Assembly: GCF_048593235.1 (NCBI RefSeq)
Contig: NC_133620.1
Coordinates: 461,247,261 to 461,311,260 of the forward strand
Reading direction: 5' to 3'
Origin: Sminthopsis crassicaudata
Taxonomy: Eukaryota
DNA length: 64,000 nt
The notes under the pieces are model-generated. The model was not told where the DNA came from and ran no database searches. It worked only from the letters and a program-made list of their open reading frames with translations. Numbering within the stretch: the first letter of the stretch is position 1; each line of letters starts with the position of its first letter. Shown here piece after piece: positions 62,408 through 64,000 of the stretch. Position numbers and translations under genes: made by a program.

Positions 62408-62804
62408 AGAACTGGGCAGACCCAGAACTGGCAGAGTAGGACTAGGCGGATCCAGGACTAGGTAGGCCCTGGACTAGTCAGATCCTAGTCTAGCCAGCCC
62501 TAGGACTAGGCGGATCCAGGACTAGGCAGATCCAGGACTAGGTAGGCCCTGGACTAGTCAGATCCTAGTCTAGCCAGCCCTAGGACTAGGCGGATCCAGG
62601 ACTAGGCAGATCCAGGACTAGGTAGGCCCTGGACTAGTCAGATCCTAGTCTAGACAGACCTAGAACTAGGCGGATCCAGGACTAGACAGACCTAGAACTA
62701 GGCAGATCTAGGACTGAGTAGGCCTTGGACTAGACAAATCCAGGACTAGGCAGATTCAGGACTAGGCAGGTCCAGGATTAGCAGACCCAGGACGAGACAG
62801 GCCC
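62408..62804. repeat. 16-bp minisatellite (consensus AGGACTAGGCAGATCC, 25 units) with an 80-bp higher-order repeat
   Basis: Units parsed directly. 62454-62565 is identical to 62534-62645 (offset 80). Confidence 0.97.
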
Positions 62805-63609
62805 CTTGCTTTCTCCTGAAGCCTGGCTCTGTTCATTCAGAGCTATGACTAGTGATTTTAGTGCCTTGGTCAGCAGAGATAGGGCAGTGTCAGAGGAAGG
62901 GCACAAGATCCAGTATCAGGCAGACAGAAATCCAAGGATAGCCAGAGAACATTCCTAGCAGAGAGAGAGAACAGGATAGGACTCAGATCTATAAGAAGCT
63001 CATAGGTTGGATTCCACTGCTTTCTCCTTCAAGGTGATCAAGACGTAGAATTCAACTTTCTACAAATGGGTGTTATCTCAACCTGGGGAATGAGAACATC
63101 CCTGAACTCTCATGGTAAAAGCTATAATGGCAACTCAAATATCATGGGGTACCAGTCTGAGCCTAAGGCACAAAGCAGCAAGTTATGCTGAAAATGTGTG
63201 AAATCATGGGAGGACTGCTCCAGCAATGTCAGGTGCCATTCCTGTTCTCTCCAAATATCAGGCATTCATGGGCGCCCCGGTTCAAAGTCCCATTTGCCCA
63301 ACCCTAGTTCTGGATCTGTCTTCTTGGAGAGAGCTAGAGAGGCCATTTTTTCTGGAATCTTTGGTCATAGCCCCAGACAGGATCAAATGTTAGAAGGGTT
63401 GCTGTTTTCACACCAACACATTTGAAATAAACAAAGCCTAGCCTAGCATTTCTCAAGCTGTTGCTTTTCTCTTCCGAATTAGCATGACTCAAAAAGAAAA
63501 AAAAAAGAAAAAAAAACACACAAAAAAAAAACCTTCCACCAGCCCTACAAAAACTGTATTTTCTTTGAGTACTGCCGGGATACCTTAGGAAAGGCAAAGA
63601 TCAAGAGGA

Positions 63610-63940
63610 GAGGATTACTCCTTCCAGTCCCCCAATCGCCCGACAATGTTAGAACTGACTGAGGGACATCTCTGGCTATTATCTCCCATTACCTTGGCGC
63701 CTTCACACTGACCTACTTAGAGGTACAGACAGAGAAGCATCATTGTAAATGAGTAAATCCAACATGGCAGCCAGTGATGAGGAGGCAGACATTTTGCTGG
63801 GAATTACTCTGGCTGTAAACAGCATCTCAGCGCTGGCGTGCAGCCCATGCTGATACACCACTTAATTACCATGTGGGCTCCTTGCCTCTCCGATAAAGGA
63901 TCTCTATTATTTCAGGTCGATTCTTGCCCTCCTCCATCCC
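63610..63940. promoter_or_regulatory. Candidate enhancer island
   Basis: Unique and CpG-retaining. Contains TGTAAACA (63814-63821), CAACATGGCAGC (63760-63771), TTAATTA (63862-63868) and GATAA (63892-63896). Confidence 0.35.
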
Positions 63941-64000
63941 ACCCCAACTCTTGCCTCTATATTTAGGAAAGAGTGACTCATATGTAAAAGTTAATTTTAC

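Noticed and set aside
62408-62804. CRISPR-like or coding-repeat interpretation of the regular array
   Set aside because: There are no unique spacers, the context is vertebrate, and stop codons occur in all frames.

Overview
This is AT-rich, CpG-poor vertebrate genomic DNA from a gapped draft assembly with four sized N-gaps. The repeat content points to a marsupial, most likely an Australian dasyurid such as Sarcophilus; this is inferred from WSINE1-like and Mar1-like CORE-SINEs and marsupial-type L1 3' ends. I cannot support any host protein-coding exon, tRNA, rRNA or other RNA gene. The ORF track is explained by simple repeats, N-runs and retroelement remnants. The window reads as a large intron or intergenic region. 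It is dominated by MIR/Mar1/WSINE1 SINEs, L1, L2 and CR1/L3 LINE fragments, hAT-type DNA transposon fossils, one solo LTR and microsatellites. Several unique, CpG-retaining, motif-rich islands between them look like conserved enhancers. The most notable items are: (1) a 16-bp minisatellite with an 80-bp higher-order repeat at 62.4-62.8 kb; (2) a CR1/L3 fossil that still shows its ORF1 zinc-finger and SGNH/GDSL-esterase motifs plus the endonuclease start, split by two younger L1s; (3) a solo LTR with TATA and AATAAA only 17 nt apart and tandem repeats in its 3' part; (4) a PBX-MEIS/PREP decamer plus octamer island; (5) a few weak minus-strand exon candidates. I did not find a convincing new biological system. 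Repeat family names come from recalled consensus sequences, not a database search, and repeat boundaries are approximate (about 20-50 bp) unless a TSD or terminus is given.
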